Assembly (NCBI GenBank): GCA_030324005.1
Contig: JARDVH010000193.1
Span: 79,748,636-79,808,480, forward strand
From: Negaprion brevirostris
Lineage: Eukaryota
Length of the DNA stretch: 59,845 bases
Reading direction: 5' to 3'
A model generated the notes under the pieces. It saw only the letters and a program-made list of their open reading frames with translations, ran no database searches and had not been told where the DNA came from. The position numbers were made by a program, and so were the translations under genes. Positions 12,791 to 25,444 of this stretch are shown piece after piece (position 1 is the first letter of the stretch; each line of letters opens with the position of its first letter).

Positions 12791-14809
12791 TCACAGGCTA
12801 GGCAACTTAACTAGGAATGCCCTTGCGCCTTTTCTTTACTGATGTTTGCCACTCTCCCATTCTGACTCCTCCATTGTATCTAAGGAAGATTATGCCTAGT
12901 CCTTCTGCTGTCCACTTACTTTTCTATTAGCAACCTTGGGGCCTAACAGCCATCCAAAGCGGAGTACTTGCCCACTCTTAGCAGAGTCGCCCTTTGCATT
13001 ATTTTCCACCATGGCTTTGCCTAGCCCTATTTAAGTAACCTACAAACTTTTATCTGAACATTTTCAACTTCTGGCCTTTTGCACGTGCCTGATTTTAATT
13101 GCTCTGCCATTGCCAATCCTGCCTTCAGCTGCTGAGACAAACTCTAGAATTGCTTCCTTGAACCTCCGATGCCTGTCTACCTCTTGCAAGTCAGAGTATC
13201 TCTGACTTGGTGCCAATATTTTGACACCCCTTCAGAAACTCGGAACGTTAATACACAAGTTTCTTCAGATCAGAGTTGAAACTATTTGACTAGGAATGGT
13301 TGTAACTTGAATTTTGGCAAAAACGATTTTCTATGTGAAGCCTGCAGAGCTCACTGAATCATTCAGTTTAATGACATGCCAGTGGAAATTTTCAGTGTGC
13401 TTCCTAGTCAGTTTAAGAATCAGCTGCTGTGGGAAAAAAGTATATTGAAAGTCATCAGGTCTGAATTCTGCAAATGTGACAAAAACATTCTCAATTGGTT
13501 TCTACTTTTAGAATTCCTTCTGCCAAAATTAAAATGGCTGTCTGGCTGTTCAAGTGGCCGAATTCCCATCGAGTTCAAAGAATAGTAGCATCTATAATTC
13601 AAATAGTTGGGACCAAAGCAGAAGTGGGTTTGTTGTTGCTTGTACCTTTCACCTATAATACTGCAATTTGCACAAACTTGTCACAAAAGTAACAGAGCTG
13701 GGTTTAAAGGGCCAGGGCCTGTGTCTTGGCAAGATGCAATTTAAGTATGGGCAGACTAAAATACTGTTTAAATTATCCAACTGCTTTGCTGCAAAACTGA
13801 AATTATAATATTTAACTCTCCCCTTCATCCCCATTGTGTGAACTCTTACGCAGTGACAAGCCTTAACTCACATCTATTGCAGCACAACATTTTTGGAACT
13901 CTGTAACCAACTGCAAAGCTGTATGATCTTTCTTCTTTTGGCTCTGTTGCTCTATGAATTTTTGCATTAGGTAGTGCCATCTACAGAACTGGAACAGAAT
14001 CAATGTACTGAGGGCTAGCCTATAACTCAGTAGAATACAGTACTTTATTGAAAGCCGGGAACAAGATTCTATTTAACCACTGAAGCCATGTATCCTAGGT
14101 TTCTAAATCATCACAAATGTTCTCACAAGAGATTCAATTGTTAGCGCTGCATATGTTGTAATGGATTTGCCATCTGGCTGAGGCAGCTGTTCTGCCAACC
14201 AGTAGCACATGTTTTGCAGCTTCCCTTGCTTACTGAGCTTCCCTTTTAGAAGTAGATTTTTCCCACTAATATCCTTTTTTAAGATGTATAATTGACCATT
14301 TTACTGATGATTGTCCTTCATTTTGCATGCCGAGCTGAAGCTAGAATATTCATTTCCTTGTTTGCCAGAGGCTTAGGCCTCTTCAAGTAACAATAAAAAT
14401 GAAGGGGATTTATGCCCTGACAGATCAGGATAGTAATATTGCTAAGAAAGTTAGCCACAATCTGCAGAGCAATAATCATGAACTGTTAATTTTCAGTGGG
14501 CTGGTGAAGGACATCCAGCATAGAAAGTATGCATGAGACTATATTCCCTCCCTTGGAGCTGATGGCATTTGCAAACATAAGTAACTCTGGAGTTGTTCTA
14601 TGTCTTTCCAGAAGTTTGTTACATCCTACCTGTGGCCTTTTGGCCTAGCAAGCCATTCAAATCGAGGACAGTTGGGGATAGACATGTCCATGAATGAAAT
14701 TTTTTAAAAAAAACTTTGGAATCATGCCCTTCGTGGAGAAGAGAGCATTGGCATTTTGAGTGTTTACTAGGTTTGATTTTTTTTTATATACCTGTGTTCA
14801 CCAAAAATC

Positions 14810-14980
14810 CTTGCATTCATCTAGTTCCCACACACAAACTCCTCTTGAGCTATTTTGTAAACAGATGTTTGTGAAACAGTCAAGTCTCTCAAACAGCAAG
14901 GTAATCTAATCTGTTTTTGGTGTTTTGGGGAATAAATCCTTGCTAAGACAACTGGAGAAATTCCCTGCTTTTGCTAGGGA
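14810..14980 (-). mobile_element. Deu-domain SINE body and tail
   Basis: Reverse complement agcagggaatttctccagttgtcttagcaaggatttattcccc..aaaaacagatt..ttgctgtttgagagacttg matches the recalled Deu domain. Confidence 0.6.
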
Positions 14981-15542
14981 ATTCAAAAACCCTAGTTTTT
15001 CTGTCTGGTTGTGAGCTGGCTGGGAGAACTGTCCAACTTGATCAGTGTCTAGCTAATTCATTAGTGCTGTTGGTACCTCAAAAGCATATGCAAGTGTTTT
15101 CAAGTGATGAGTCATGNNNNNNNNNNNNNNNNNNNNNNNNNNNNNNNNNNNNNNNNNACTCTGACATTTCTATCACTATCCACTGAAATGAATACATGAG
15201 GTTTAAGATCAACTTTTTTTTGACAAAGCTGTGTTTTTGTCAGTCTAAATTTGTGGCTGAACTATTACTGTTGGGCTAGGCTGAACTTGTTTCTTATGGC
15301 ATTGTTCGCATTTCAGATCTCTGAATTTTCTAACTCTGCCCTTATTAATTACATGAATCACTTCCAATGGTCAAAATTATTTTGGGATTTCCCATGTCAC
15401 AAATAGCGTAAGTGCTCCACCCAAAGTTGCATTTTTAAATGTGGTGCTACTGTTCTGCTTTCCCAGACACTTGTTGGTCAGGTGGCCTAGTGACCTTGTT
15501 GGATATCTATTCAGATTTTTTTAAAACTAGGTCTGTCTCTTT

Positions 15543-15857
15543 ACAGGATGTGACTCAGACATTGATCTGATCTAAAGATTTCAAAAGGAGTAAGCTCATT
15601 GTAGTTACAGAATGTGCACTTTTTTTGTGTGTGGAGGGGAGAGGAAAGAGAAGTCTCACTGTTAAAACAAGTAACTTAATTTCCAGCAGTGCTGTTTAAG
15701 ATTTTTGCTAATGCATATATTTAAATGCTAGCAACTCAAGCCTTTGTAGTATAAGCATGTTAAATCGTTAATGTCATGGAGATCTGATCAGCTTAATGTG
15801 AGTCAACGAAATGTGGTTGGTGTCTTTACCCACAAGACCATGGTAGGAACTTCCTGT
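15543..15857. promoter_or_regulatory. Candidate intronic enhancer (ETS/AP-1/RUNX motif cluster)
   Basis: ACAGGATGTGACTCA 15543-15557, TGAGTCA 15799-15805, TGTGGTT 15812-15818, ACTTCCTGT 15849-15857, in apparently repeat-free DNA. Motif evidence only. Confidence 0.4.
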
Positions 15858-16319
15858 TTTTAATGGTCAGTACTACACATTGCCCCAAGGGAATCTATAA
15901 CCAGCTTCCAAAGGTGTAGCAGAATAACTTCACTTTCATACAAAAAAGTATTAAATTTCAATTGACATGAAACAAAGGAGTTGGAACTAATTTCACAGTA
16001 TGATAAGATAAATTATGCAAATTAGCAAGAAAATGGTAGGTGGTTTGGCAGGGACATGATCAGAAACAAAATAAAAATCAATCCTGAATAAGAGGACCTG
16101 AGATTCTCTTGTGACCTCCAAACCATTAAAATGGTGAACAAAACCAAAATAGTAACCCAAATCTTAGAGGCCTGTTTGTCTAAAAACATTAACTGTTTGT
16201 CTCTGCAGATGCTATCCAATCTACTGAATATTTTCAGGTTTGCTCTTGGCAAATGTAGTATCCTGATCAGAGTCCAACTCCTAGGTTTTATTGCCAAAAC
16301 ACAAGGATGGTGCTTTGAA

Positions 16320-16830
16320 CTTAAGAACAGGATTAGGCCTTTGAGGCCATCAAAACTACTCTGCCATTCACCACAATCATGGCTCATTGGACCCTTGACA
16401 CCCTTTTACACCCACTTTCCTCAATCCTTTACATCACTGTTGTATCACTCTCTGCTTCAAACTTAGTGACTGAGCTTCAACAGCCCTCAAATAGAGAATC
16501 CCATAAATTCTCAACCCTTTTCCCCCCTCATCTGTTCTTGAATGGTACACCTATGGTCCTGGTTCTAGATTTCCCTACCAAGGGCAACATCTACCCTGTT
16601 TATTCCTTAATTATTTTTAGGTCTCAAAGAAGTCACACCTCTTCGAACCTCGAGAATACAGACCTAGTTTGCCAATCACTCAGAAGACAGGCCTGCCATT
16701 CCTCAGTCTGAATTTTTTTTGTTTGGTTGTTGCATTCCCTTTATGGCAGTAATTGCCTTTTTTGAGGTAAGGGAATAAAACTGCAAAGTATACCAGGTAT
16801 GGTCGAACCAAGCTTCAATACTCATGCAGC
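16320..16830 (-). mobile_element. CR1-clade LINE 3' fragment, decayed
   Basis: Starts taagaacaggattaggcctttgaggccatc..ctgccattca..atcatggct, the same tail type as the 52312 copy. Confidence 0.65.
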
Positions 16831-17292
16831 AAGGAACCCAGGGGCTGTTCTCTTGGAGAGAGTTCTCAGCCCCTGATAGGGATAACCACTAGTCAACATG
16901 CCAGTTCTCTGGCACATTTTTTTTGTGCTCTTTTCACAACCCCTGCAAGATTTTTCCAAAAGCATGATGGAAAGCCAAATTCAATTTTTAATAAATTCGT
17001 TAATATTTCAAAAATCGAGTGTGCCTCTCCTCCACTCGGCTATAAAGCCTGACAGCTTGTTTTTGAGCTGGAGATATTTCTGTTGGTCCTCCATCTTGAT
17101 GAACCTGCTATTTCAACTGAGCTGTCTCTCTCTGGCCAGTTGGAGAAAACCAAAGACAAGTGGTGGTGGGAAAATCCCTACCCTTTCAAAAAGAAATTTG
17201 AGTTATAAGAAAGGATTGTAGAACTTGGCTATTTTCTGATAATGGGGTATCCAAGAGATAATCTAGTACCAGTATGTAACGCTAAAGCCACT

Positions 17293-17695
17293 TTTGATTT
17301 GATTTTTGTCACATGCATTAACATTGTGAAAAGTATTGTTTCTTGTGCAGAGTGTATGTTACAATCCATAGCTAGGGTGCAGAGAAAGATCAACTTAGTG
17401 TGAGGCAAGTCCATTCAAAAGTCTGACAGCAGCAGGAAAGAAGCTGTTCTTGAGTTGGTTGGTACATGACCTCAGACTTCTGTATTTTCCCAAAGGAGGA
17501 AGGTGGAAGAGAATGTCCAGGGTGCATAGGGTCCTTAATGCTGGCCGCTTTGAGGCAACAGGAAGTGTAGACAGTCAACGAAAGGGAGATTGGTTTGTGT
17601 GATGGATTGGGTTACATTTGCCATCTTTTATCGTTCCTTGCAGTCTTGGGCAGAGCAGGAGCCATACCAAGCTGTGTTGCAACCGGTAATAATTG
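17293..17695 (-). mobile_element. Rex1/Babar-like LINE 3' end
   Basis: Minus strand encodes KAASIKDPMHPGHSL, then a frameshifted RTNRLKNSFFPAAVR-like segment. The 3' UTR ends catgtgacaaaaatcaaatcaaa. Confidence 0.7.
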
Positions 17696-17739
17696 CAAGC
17701 ATAAGGCAAGGTGACATAAATTTGATAGTGACGGAAAAA

Positions 17740-17965
17740 AAGGAAGTGTATAGTAAAGCACTGTAGGTAGTAAGACACTTTGAGGTTAAGAAGGTGTATG
17801 GAATCCTTTCCTTAAGTAGCCAAAACACAATACAAGAGCAAGGAAGTTATGCTGGAACTATGTAAAACACATTAGGCCACAACTTGTGTGTGCAGTTCTG
17901 GTCACCTCATTACAGAAGTAATGCAGTTGTGCTTGAAAGGATACACAGGAGATTTCACAAAATCC
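17740..17965 (+). mobile_element. CR1-clade LINE internal fragment
   Basis: aaggaagttatgctggaactatgtaaaacacattaggccacaacttg..gtgcagttctggtcacctcattacagaag (KEVMLEL..RPQLE..VQFWSPHYR). Confidence 0.75.
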
Positions 17966-17969
17966 CTAA

Positions 17970-18135
17970 GGAGGCTATTTGACCCATCAGATCTATACCA
18001 ACACTTGCCCCACTAATTCCCCTAACCTATGCGTCTTGGGGCAGTTGAAGATGGCCAACCCACCTAACTTGCACATCCTTGGACTGTGGGAGGAAACCCA
18101 CACAGACATTGGCAGAAAATATGCAAACTCCACAA
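17970..18135 (-). mobile_element. HE1-type SINE fragment
   Basis: atggccaacccacctaacttgcacatccttggactgtgggaggaaaccc is the reverse of the V-domain/body. Confidence 0.8.
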
Positions 18136-18138
18136 ATG

Positions 18139-18370
18139 GAGCAGCACAGTGGCAGTGGTTAGCACTGCTACCTCACTAGTGCCAGGGACCTGGATTCAAT
18201 TCTTGGTGCAGTCCAATGTGCAAACTCCATATGGACATGCTTCCTGTGTCTGGCTTCTACCCACAATCCGAAAGCTGTGCTGGTTAGATGCGTTGGCTAT
18301 GCTAAATTCTCCCTCAGTGCTGGGGTGTGGCAATGAGGAGATTTTCACAGCAACTTCGTTGCAGTGTTAA
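18139..18370 (+). mobile_element. HE1-type SINE, tail B
   Basis: gcagcacagtggcagtggttagcactgctacctcac..gccagggacctggattcaattc (A/B boxes); ends gattttcacagcaacttcgttgcagtgttaa. Confidence 0.85.
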
Positions 18371-20134
18371 CAACAGAAAACAGTTTCCTGTTCCAATCAG
18401 TGATGGTCCCTTTTTAAGGGCATCACAGCAGAGTAAGAAGCATCTGGCTTGGGTGACCAATCAGGACTGGATAGAAAATCACCCCAGAGGAGGAGTTCCC
18501 TTGAGCAGAGGCATTCCAGAATTCACTGCAGATATGCTGTTGCTCTTGTAGACCCTTGTAAGGTACTCATTTGTTTATTAATGACATCTCTGAACATGCA
18601 TCATTACAGCTGCAGATTAAAATCGAAGCACTACCTTCCATCTTGCCTTTTACGCTCATCCACATTAAAAGAAATATTCATCTTTCGTGCTGTTGCTTGG
18701 CATTTGTCAGTTGCCAGTGAGCAGAATTTTGTCAGACCAGTTGTTCTCATTACCAGTTAGAAACAAACACCCTTCATTGTGGGTGGATGGCAAGAAGTAG
18801 AACATCACTAGAATACTTGGATTTTTGGGAAACTAGGAAGTGTGAATCATTGTATTTATCACAGGATGTTGTCTCAAGTCATTTCCCCTTCTAATGGTTG
18901 GGGCACTCGTACATTTAAAAGCCATTAATTATGGGATGGAATGCTGCACTTCAATTAAGTGCCACTTAATGAAGGAATATTTTCCATTTCCAGGATGTAA
19001 AACATATGGTAGATTTTTGTTTTGCTAGCTTCTTGTGCAGTTGATAGTCAAAAATCTATTCAAGGTCCTCCATTAGTTCTGTTGAATTTAACTGTTCTCC
19101 ACCATCTCCGCAGAATCCCTACAGTGCAGAATAGGCCATTTGGCCCATCAAGTCTGGTCCACCATCCCAATCTCAAACCCTGAGCATTTACCATGGCTAA
19201 TTCACTTAACTTACACACCTTTTGGGTGCACATCTTTCCTTGTTTACCTAATCATTACAAAATGAATGCTTTTCATACACTCGCCCTTCACCTAGCTTTG
19301 GTTTGAATAATCTTGCCATTCATGACAGAACAGGACAATGTTTGTTCTATGTAGCCATGACAGTTTCCTGCATTTGTGCTATAGGCCATAACGGGGTTTG
19401 TATCCAGTAGAATCCTGCTGTTGGNNNNNNNNNNNNNNNNNNNNNNNNNNNNNNNNNNNNNNNNNNNNNNNNNNNNNNNNNNNNNNNNNNNNNNNNNNNN
19501 NNNNNNNNNNNNNNNNNNNNNNNNGTAGGCATGAATAGTGTGTTTAATCAAAGCCAAAATGGGGTATGGCTTTAATTGAATATAATCCTCACAAAAATTG
19601 CAAGCCCTTTCATGTGACTTTAATTTGAGACTTGAGCTGGTCTGCAAGCTTGTGTTCTTTTCTGGGGATACAAGACCAAGCTTTCTACGTTTTGAGATTT
19701 TCTTTGCTTCAAGCACAATTTTGCTTTCTGAAGGAAATGTGCAGAAAAGGCATATTCTGTTCAGTTCAACCTATTAATCAAGCACAACCACATCAGGGTC
19801 AAAGAATAGCTAAGTTTGTTGCAAATATATAATGAAAAATGTTAAGAACAAGGTGGCGTACCATAAATGTGAATGCCATTTTTAACTAGAAATGTGCTGC
19901 CAAAAACACATCATTTTTATTACCCAGCAAATGCAAGGTGTAGTTTCACTGAAGAAAAACTTGGTGAACTTTAATGGTTGAGAGCAAGCTGAATGTTGAT
20001 GAAAGCTAGTAAATGAAGTAAGTCATAGCACCGGGGCATGATATTAAGGAACTCGGGACCCTTGACGACTTGACAAGCCTCTTAATGAGTTTGCACTCGG
20101 ACTGAAAACTGGCAAATGAATTGGGCACATTTTG

Positions 20135-21487
20135 TGCTGTGGGGTATGTTTTAGCTATCAAGATGAAAAGGTTAAAAATAGCTCAGATTGCAATAAAGAT
20201 GGACATGCTCAGTACACATCATAAGATTGTATTTGTTTCATTCAAGCAGTGACTGAAGATTATTGGATGTTAATTTGAGATGAGGATAGAAAGGCACAAT
20301 ACTGGCTGCAAAGAAAAAAACAATATTTGGAAGTACCAGTGTTCAGTTCTGGGGTCACTGCTCACTTTCTGCATTCAGCTATAGGCTTAGTGATATTGAA
20401 ATTGGTTTATGCCAAACAGACAAAGAAGCTTTACAAAGAGAGATTCAGGAAATTAGCTAAATCAGCAGATTTCAATATTTTTCAGAGGGTGTAAAATATA
20501 TTTTGGTGAAGTAACAGTAATTTTATGCTCAAAAGTAGACTTTATGCTGTGCAAAGGAATCATTTAAGATGGAATTCCCCTATTCTGCCCATGGTGGCTG
20601 GTGGGTGTCTGAAACCCACAGTGTAATGCTGATGCTGCCATATATAAGAAACTAGGTCAGCCTGGCCCAGTGGTAGCATTCCAGCCATAATTTAGTGGAC
20701 TTCAGTCACAATGCAGGCTTGCAAAGATGTGGGGTGGAGAATGAGTGTGAGGGGCACAAAGACAAGCATACGTGCATGGAGGTGGCTAATAAACAATGGA
20801 AGACCAAGGGAAGGGTAGCTGGATCTCAACTAAGCTGAATAAAATGCTCACTAAGGGAGTTGAAAGGGTACCACATTGGAAGGGGGTAGAGGCCTGCTAT
20901 GATGCCTCAAGTGATTGGGCTCAGGCTGAGGGTGGAAATGTCTACCATGACTGGACCCAGAACACCTGCTCAGATGGTTACAGGGGGATGTGGGCTATCT
21001 GCTTAAACTCCAGTGCATCATCCTCTGATTCGTGCCGAAGCGAGGTATAATGCTGCTCGAATCTGTTAGCTACGGCAGCCAAATGAATCTCTTTCCAATC
21101 TGCCAGTGATTTGGGCAGACGTCAAAATATACTTTTACACCACCTGACTTAGCTAATTTGCTGAATGTCCCTTTGCAAAGCTTTTTATCCNNNNNNNNNN
21201 NACCAATTTCAATACCACTCTAAGCCTATACCTGAATACAGAAAGTGAGCAACAGTGACCCCAGAGCTGAACACTAGTACTTCAAACTACTTTGCTTTTT
21301 TGCTTTGTAGCCAGTATTGACTTCTATCCTCATCTCAAATCAATATCCAATAATCTTCAAACAGTCAGTAACTCCAATCTGTCTTCCCAAACAAGCAGTT
21401 TTGTGTATTGAGCATGACCATATTTATTGAAATCTGTATGAGCTACTTCTAACCTTCCTTCACCTTGACCAAAACATCTCCAGAACA
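20135..21487. repeat. Long inverted repeat: arms about 20135-20507 and 21121-21487, with a ~610 bp spacer
   Basis: Left gtgttcagttctggggtcactgctcactttctgcattcagctataggcttag aligns with the right-arm reverse complement gtgttcagctctggggtcactgttgctcactttctgtattcaggtataggcttag. Collinear over the whole arm. Confidence 0.9.
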
Positions 21488-21954
21488 GTGGGCAAGTAAA
21501 TAATGTCACATTTCAATCCTCAGCAAATTTTGAATTTACCTGAGGTATTTTGCGTAAACTTGTCTGCTATCTGTGGGAGAGCAGTTGTGGTAACATGAGG
21601 GCTAGATGATCCAATGTTATAATCCTTAGACTAATTACTAAAGAAGGAAATTTAAACTTTCACTTTTTGGTCATCTATTTTCCTGGTTTGGATTAAAAGC
21701 AGTATTGACAAATGCTATTTGAAGGCAACATATACTTTTAACACAGGTGAGAACCTACTATCAGATGTACATTAATGTCCTTTGTGTAAACAGTCATTTT
21801 CCCAGGTTGAATACAATGATTCTTGGCACTTCTGTTTGCTTCCAGACTTTTCCCAGCCTGGCAGTAACTCCAGAACTGTCTGTCATGGTGTGGGTGTTCC
21901 TGGGGATATCTTGGACCTTCCAGATGGGAAGGATTTGTATTTCCATGGCAACAT

Positions 21955-22870
21955 TAGTCACATGGGCATTGTAATTTTGGAATTAGTGTTGCTGGCTAAG
22001 CCAGCTTTTACTCGCCTTCAGAACGTGGTGGTGAGCTGTCTCTTTTGAACCACTGCAGTCTGTGGTGTGCATACACCCCTGTGTTATTAGAGGAGTTACA
22101 AGATTTCCCAGCAACAGTGGAGTGGCAACATACTTCAGCCAGGGTGGCTTGGAAGGGTATTTCCAGGTGATGGTGTTCCCATATATCTGCTGTCCTTGAC
22201 CTGCTAGATGGTGGTTGTGGATTTTGAAGGTGCTACTGAAGGAACCTTGAGTTCCTGCATCTTGCAGATGGTGTACACATCTGCCACCATTTGTTGGGAT
22301 TGAAATGTGGGAAGCAATGAAATGGACTGCTTTGTCCTGGATAACGTCAAGTGTGTGCCGTGTTATTGGGGCTGTATGAAATCAGGCAAGTAGTGTTCCA
22401 TTCCACTCCTGATGTGTGCGTTGAAGATGGTGGACATCCTTTGGGGAGTCTGAGTTACTAGAGGACCTCATGTAGCCACATTATTTATATGGCTAGTCCA
22501 AATCAATTTCTAGTCAGTGGTAAGCCCAGAATGTTAAAGGGAGATTCGGTGATGGTAACATCATTGACTGTCAAAGGGGCAGTGATTGTAGTTGTTGGAG
22601 ATGGTCATTGCCTGGCACTTACGCAGTGTGAATGTTAACATGCCATTTGTTAGTACAAGTCTGAATGTTTGTCTTGCTACATTGGACACCCACTGTGCAT
22701 TCAGATGCTGACAATTTTCAGCACTATTTGCCAATCAGTGAACGTCCCCACTTCTGATTTGGTGGTGGAAGAAAGGTTATTAATGAAGGTGTTTGGGCCT
22801 AGGACACCATCCTGAGGAACTTCTGCAGTATGTCCTGAAGCTGAAATTCTTGACCTCCAGCAACCATCTT
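21955..22870 (-). mobile_element. LINE (CR1/L2-superclade) RT and 3' end
   Basis: Track ORF 22701..22883 reads TAEVPQDGVLGPNTFINNLSSTTKSEVGTFTD (decayed GVPQGSVLGP..FADD). Same family as 48540-49660. Confidence 0.8.
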
Positions 22871-23282
22871 GCAGCTGGTCCAATTTCTGTAACTAAGGGT
22901 GTATGAGTGTAGAGTCTGCTAAGCACCATTACAGCAATGCCACGGGAGCAAGCAGGATCCCAGGTATATTCTCCCACCCTTGCATTCTTAATGGAAGGGA
23001 ATTTCTTCATCAGGCTGTTTGTTCAAACTCTCCAGCAAAAATAGTTGCTTCAGGTCCAGTCAGTCTTGATGTGCACATCTCAAGTTTAGAGTTTGCAATT
23101 CCATGGTGGGTGGGCAGTTGTATTGTGGGTTGCAGTGAGCACAAGGAAAAACTATTTTATTTTAATCCTCGTTGTATGGCAAGAATAAGCATCAATCTGC
23201 AAATAAGAACCAGTGCTTTGCAAAAGATCTTGGGCCATGATTAGATTCAGTGCTGGACATCCTAGAGCTTGGGATTGCATGT

Positions 23283-23548
23283 TAGCACAGATTGGCATTG
23301 CTGCCTCACAGCACCAGGGAGCTGGGTTCAATTCCTGGCTTGGGTCATTGTGCAGACTCTGCATGTTCCCCTCATGCGTTTCCTCCAGGTGCTCCAGTTT
23401 CCTTCAGCAATCAAAAAAAAAGCTGGTTAAGTGCATTGGTCATGCTAAATTGTCCCTCGGTGTACCTGAACAGGCACTGAAGTGTGCTGAATAGGGATTT
23501 TCTCAGTAACTTCATTGCAGTGTTAGTGAAAGCATACTTGTGATAAAA
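23283..23548 (+). mobile_element. HE1-type SINE, tail B
   Basis: gcattgctgcctcacagcaccagggagctgggttcaattcctggcttgggtca...ctcggtgtacctgaacaggcactgaagtgtg..gtaacttcattgcagtgttagtgaaagcatacttgtgataaa. Confidence 0.88.
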
Positions 23549-24314
23549 TTAACTTAGTCTACCATTCAGCTATGCGGTTTCTAAGAAGCAAGAGCCTTGG
23601 ATGATACTATGAAATTATGTTGTTGCTCTGTGTAGGATAGTTCAAATATCAGCCATAACCATTACTTGTACCAAAAACATTGGTTGAAACAAAACTTTGG
23701 AAATAGCAGTCTTATCAACAGCCAAGAGAACAAATTGCCTGTTCTAGTTCCAGATCACTTCACTGAGACATACTTTATCCCCTCTTTCTGTCAATGCCGA
23801 TGGGCCTGTTGTGTGTTTTATGCTTCTGTTCCAGTGAAGGTTTCTTCGGCCCGTTGAACTTCCTTCTGCTATTAATGGTGTGAACTGACTTGCTTTAAAT
23901 ACACCACCACAGAAACAACGAAGCAGAAGTTCCATTTCTTGTTCCTACACTGGCTCCCCACCCAAAAGTCAAATGGCTCATCAGTTTCTTGATTTGAAGC
24001 ATACCACTTTTATTGGCTGTGATGGACAAGAGAGACTGATACTTATTCTTGCTATACAAAAAAAATTAGAGATTAAGGTCAGATAACCAAATAAGGAAGT
24101 TATTTTAATAAAGCAAGTGCTGACCTTGTCATGGACGTAACATCGTGTAAACCCCCTTTTCTGACAAGCTGTTTAAATTCCTTGGGGTGTTTGCTTTCTT
24201 TGACCACTCTGAATACATGAGCCTTGACTGAAGAATTAATTGGTCCTTGAATTAAGTTTTTATTGCAGTTTTGAATCGTGTTTTGTAAAGTTCAGTACCT
24301 TTTGTTTTAATGTC

Positions 24315-24486
24315 AAAAGATGTGCAAGTTAGGTTGGTCGGCTGTGCTAAATTGCCCCTTAATGTCCCAGGATAGGTTGGTTCAAGGGGTTAGCAAAGTA
24401 AATGTGAAGTTGTGGGGATAGGGCTTGGGGTGACATTGTTGTCGGTGCAGACTTGATGGGCCTCGTTCTGCAATGTAGGGTTTCTA
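24315..24486 (+). mobile_element. HE1-type SINE 3' half, tail A
   Basis: aaagatgtgcaagttaggttggtcggctgtgctaaattgcccctta...ggtgcagacttgatgggcc..tctgcaatgtagggtttcta. Confidence 0.8.
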
Positions 24487-24979
24487 AGGTTTGGCAGTTG
24501 ATTTTTAAACACTTTGTATTGCTGATATTGGAGCATGCATAAGAAATTGTAAGGTTACTGATAATCAGCCTATTCAAAATTGATTTACTGATATGAAAGA
24601 GGAAGATGAGGAGTTGCAATAGTTTGTGGAAAAAAAAAAACACCAGCTTATTCACTGAAAGTCTTGCAAAAACTTTTAATTTTTTTGAGTACTTGATTGT
24701 ACTTGATCATGTTGCCTTTTGAGGATTGGTGTTTATGCTGTAGTAGACTTTGAGTTGTACTTGGGATGAAGAAATGGGAACCTTTTTCAGTATTTTGTAC
24801 ATCTCTTCAGGGTGGGACAGAGTTGGGTGGAGTAAAATAAATAGTATTGAACTTTTCTGAAGCCTTGTGCTATGTCCATGGTAGAATTTTAGAATTGGTG
24901 CCCACCATTACCCTGAAATGGCAATCAGAACTGTTCTTCAGCATCTTAGCCCAGTGAGTTATTCTGTTAGACTTTTTAA

Positions 24980-25370
24980 CTATGGGATGTGGGTATCACT
25001 GACGAGGGCAGTATTTTGTTGTCCATCCCTAATTGTGCTTGAATGTACTCATGAGCTGCTGCCTTCACTGCAGTCCACCAGGTGTACTTGTGGTGCTGTA
25101 AGGGAGGAAATTCCAGGATTTTGGCCCAATGACAGTGAATGAACAATGATTATAGTTCCAAGTCAGGATGGTGTGGGGCTCGGAGGGAAACTTGTAGGTG
25201 GTGGAGGTCCCATACACTTGTTGGCCTTGTCATTCGAGGTGGTAAGAGGCCAGAAGTTTGGAAGGTGCTTTTTGAAGGCAACTAGCTGCCTGCTTCAGTT
25301 CAACTGTAGATGACACATTGACTGTCCACCACTGGTATACAGTGGTAATGTATTTAAAATGGTAGAATGC
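24980..25370 (-). mobile_element. LINE 3' end (family of 48540-49660)
   Basis: tgggatgtgggtatcactgacgagggcagtattttgttgtccatccctaattgtgcttga is the reverse of the shared tail. Confidence 0.75.
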
Positions 25371-25444
25371 ATTGTATGCTCTGAATATATTTTGGGTTAG
25401 TGATACCAGGTTCAAATCAGCTATGTTCTGCTTGACAAGTGCCA

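Noticed and set aside
20796-21050. 84 aa ORF in the spacer of the inverted repeat, as a possible transposase remnant
   Set aside because: No DDE or other transposase motif is recognisable. It cannot be supported without a profile search.
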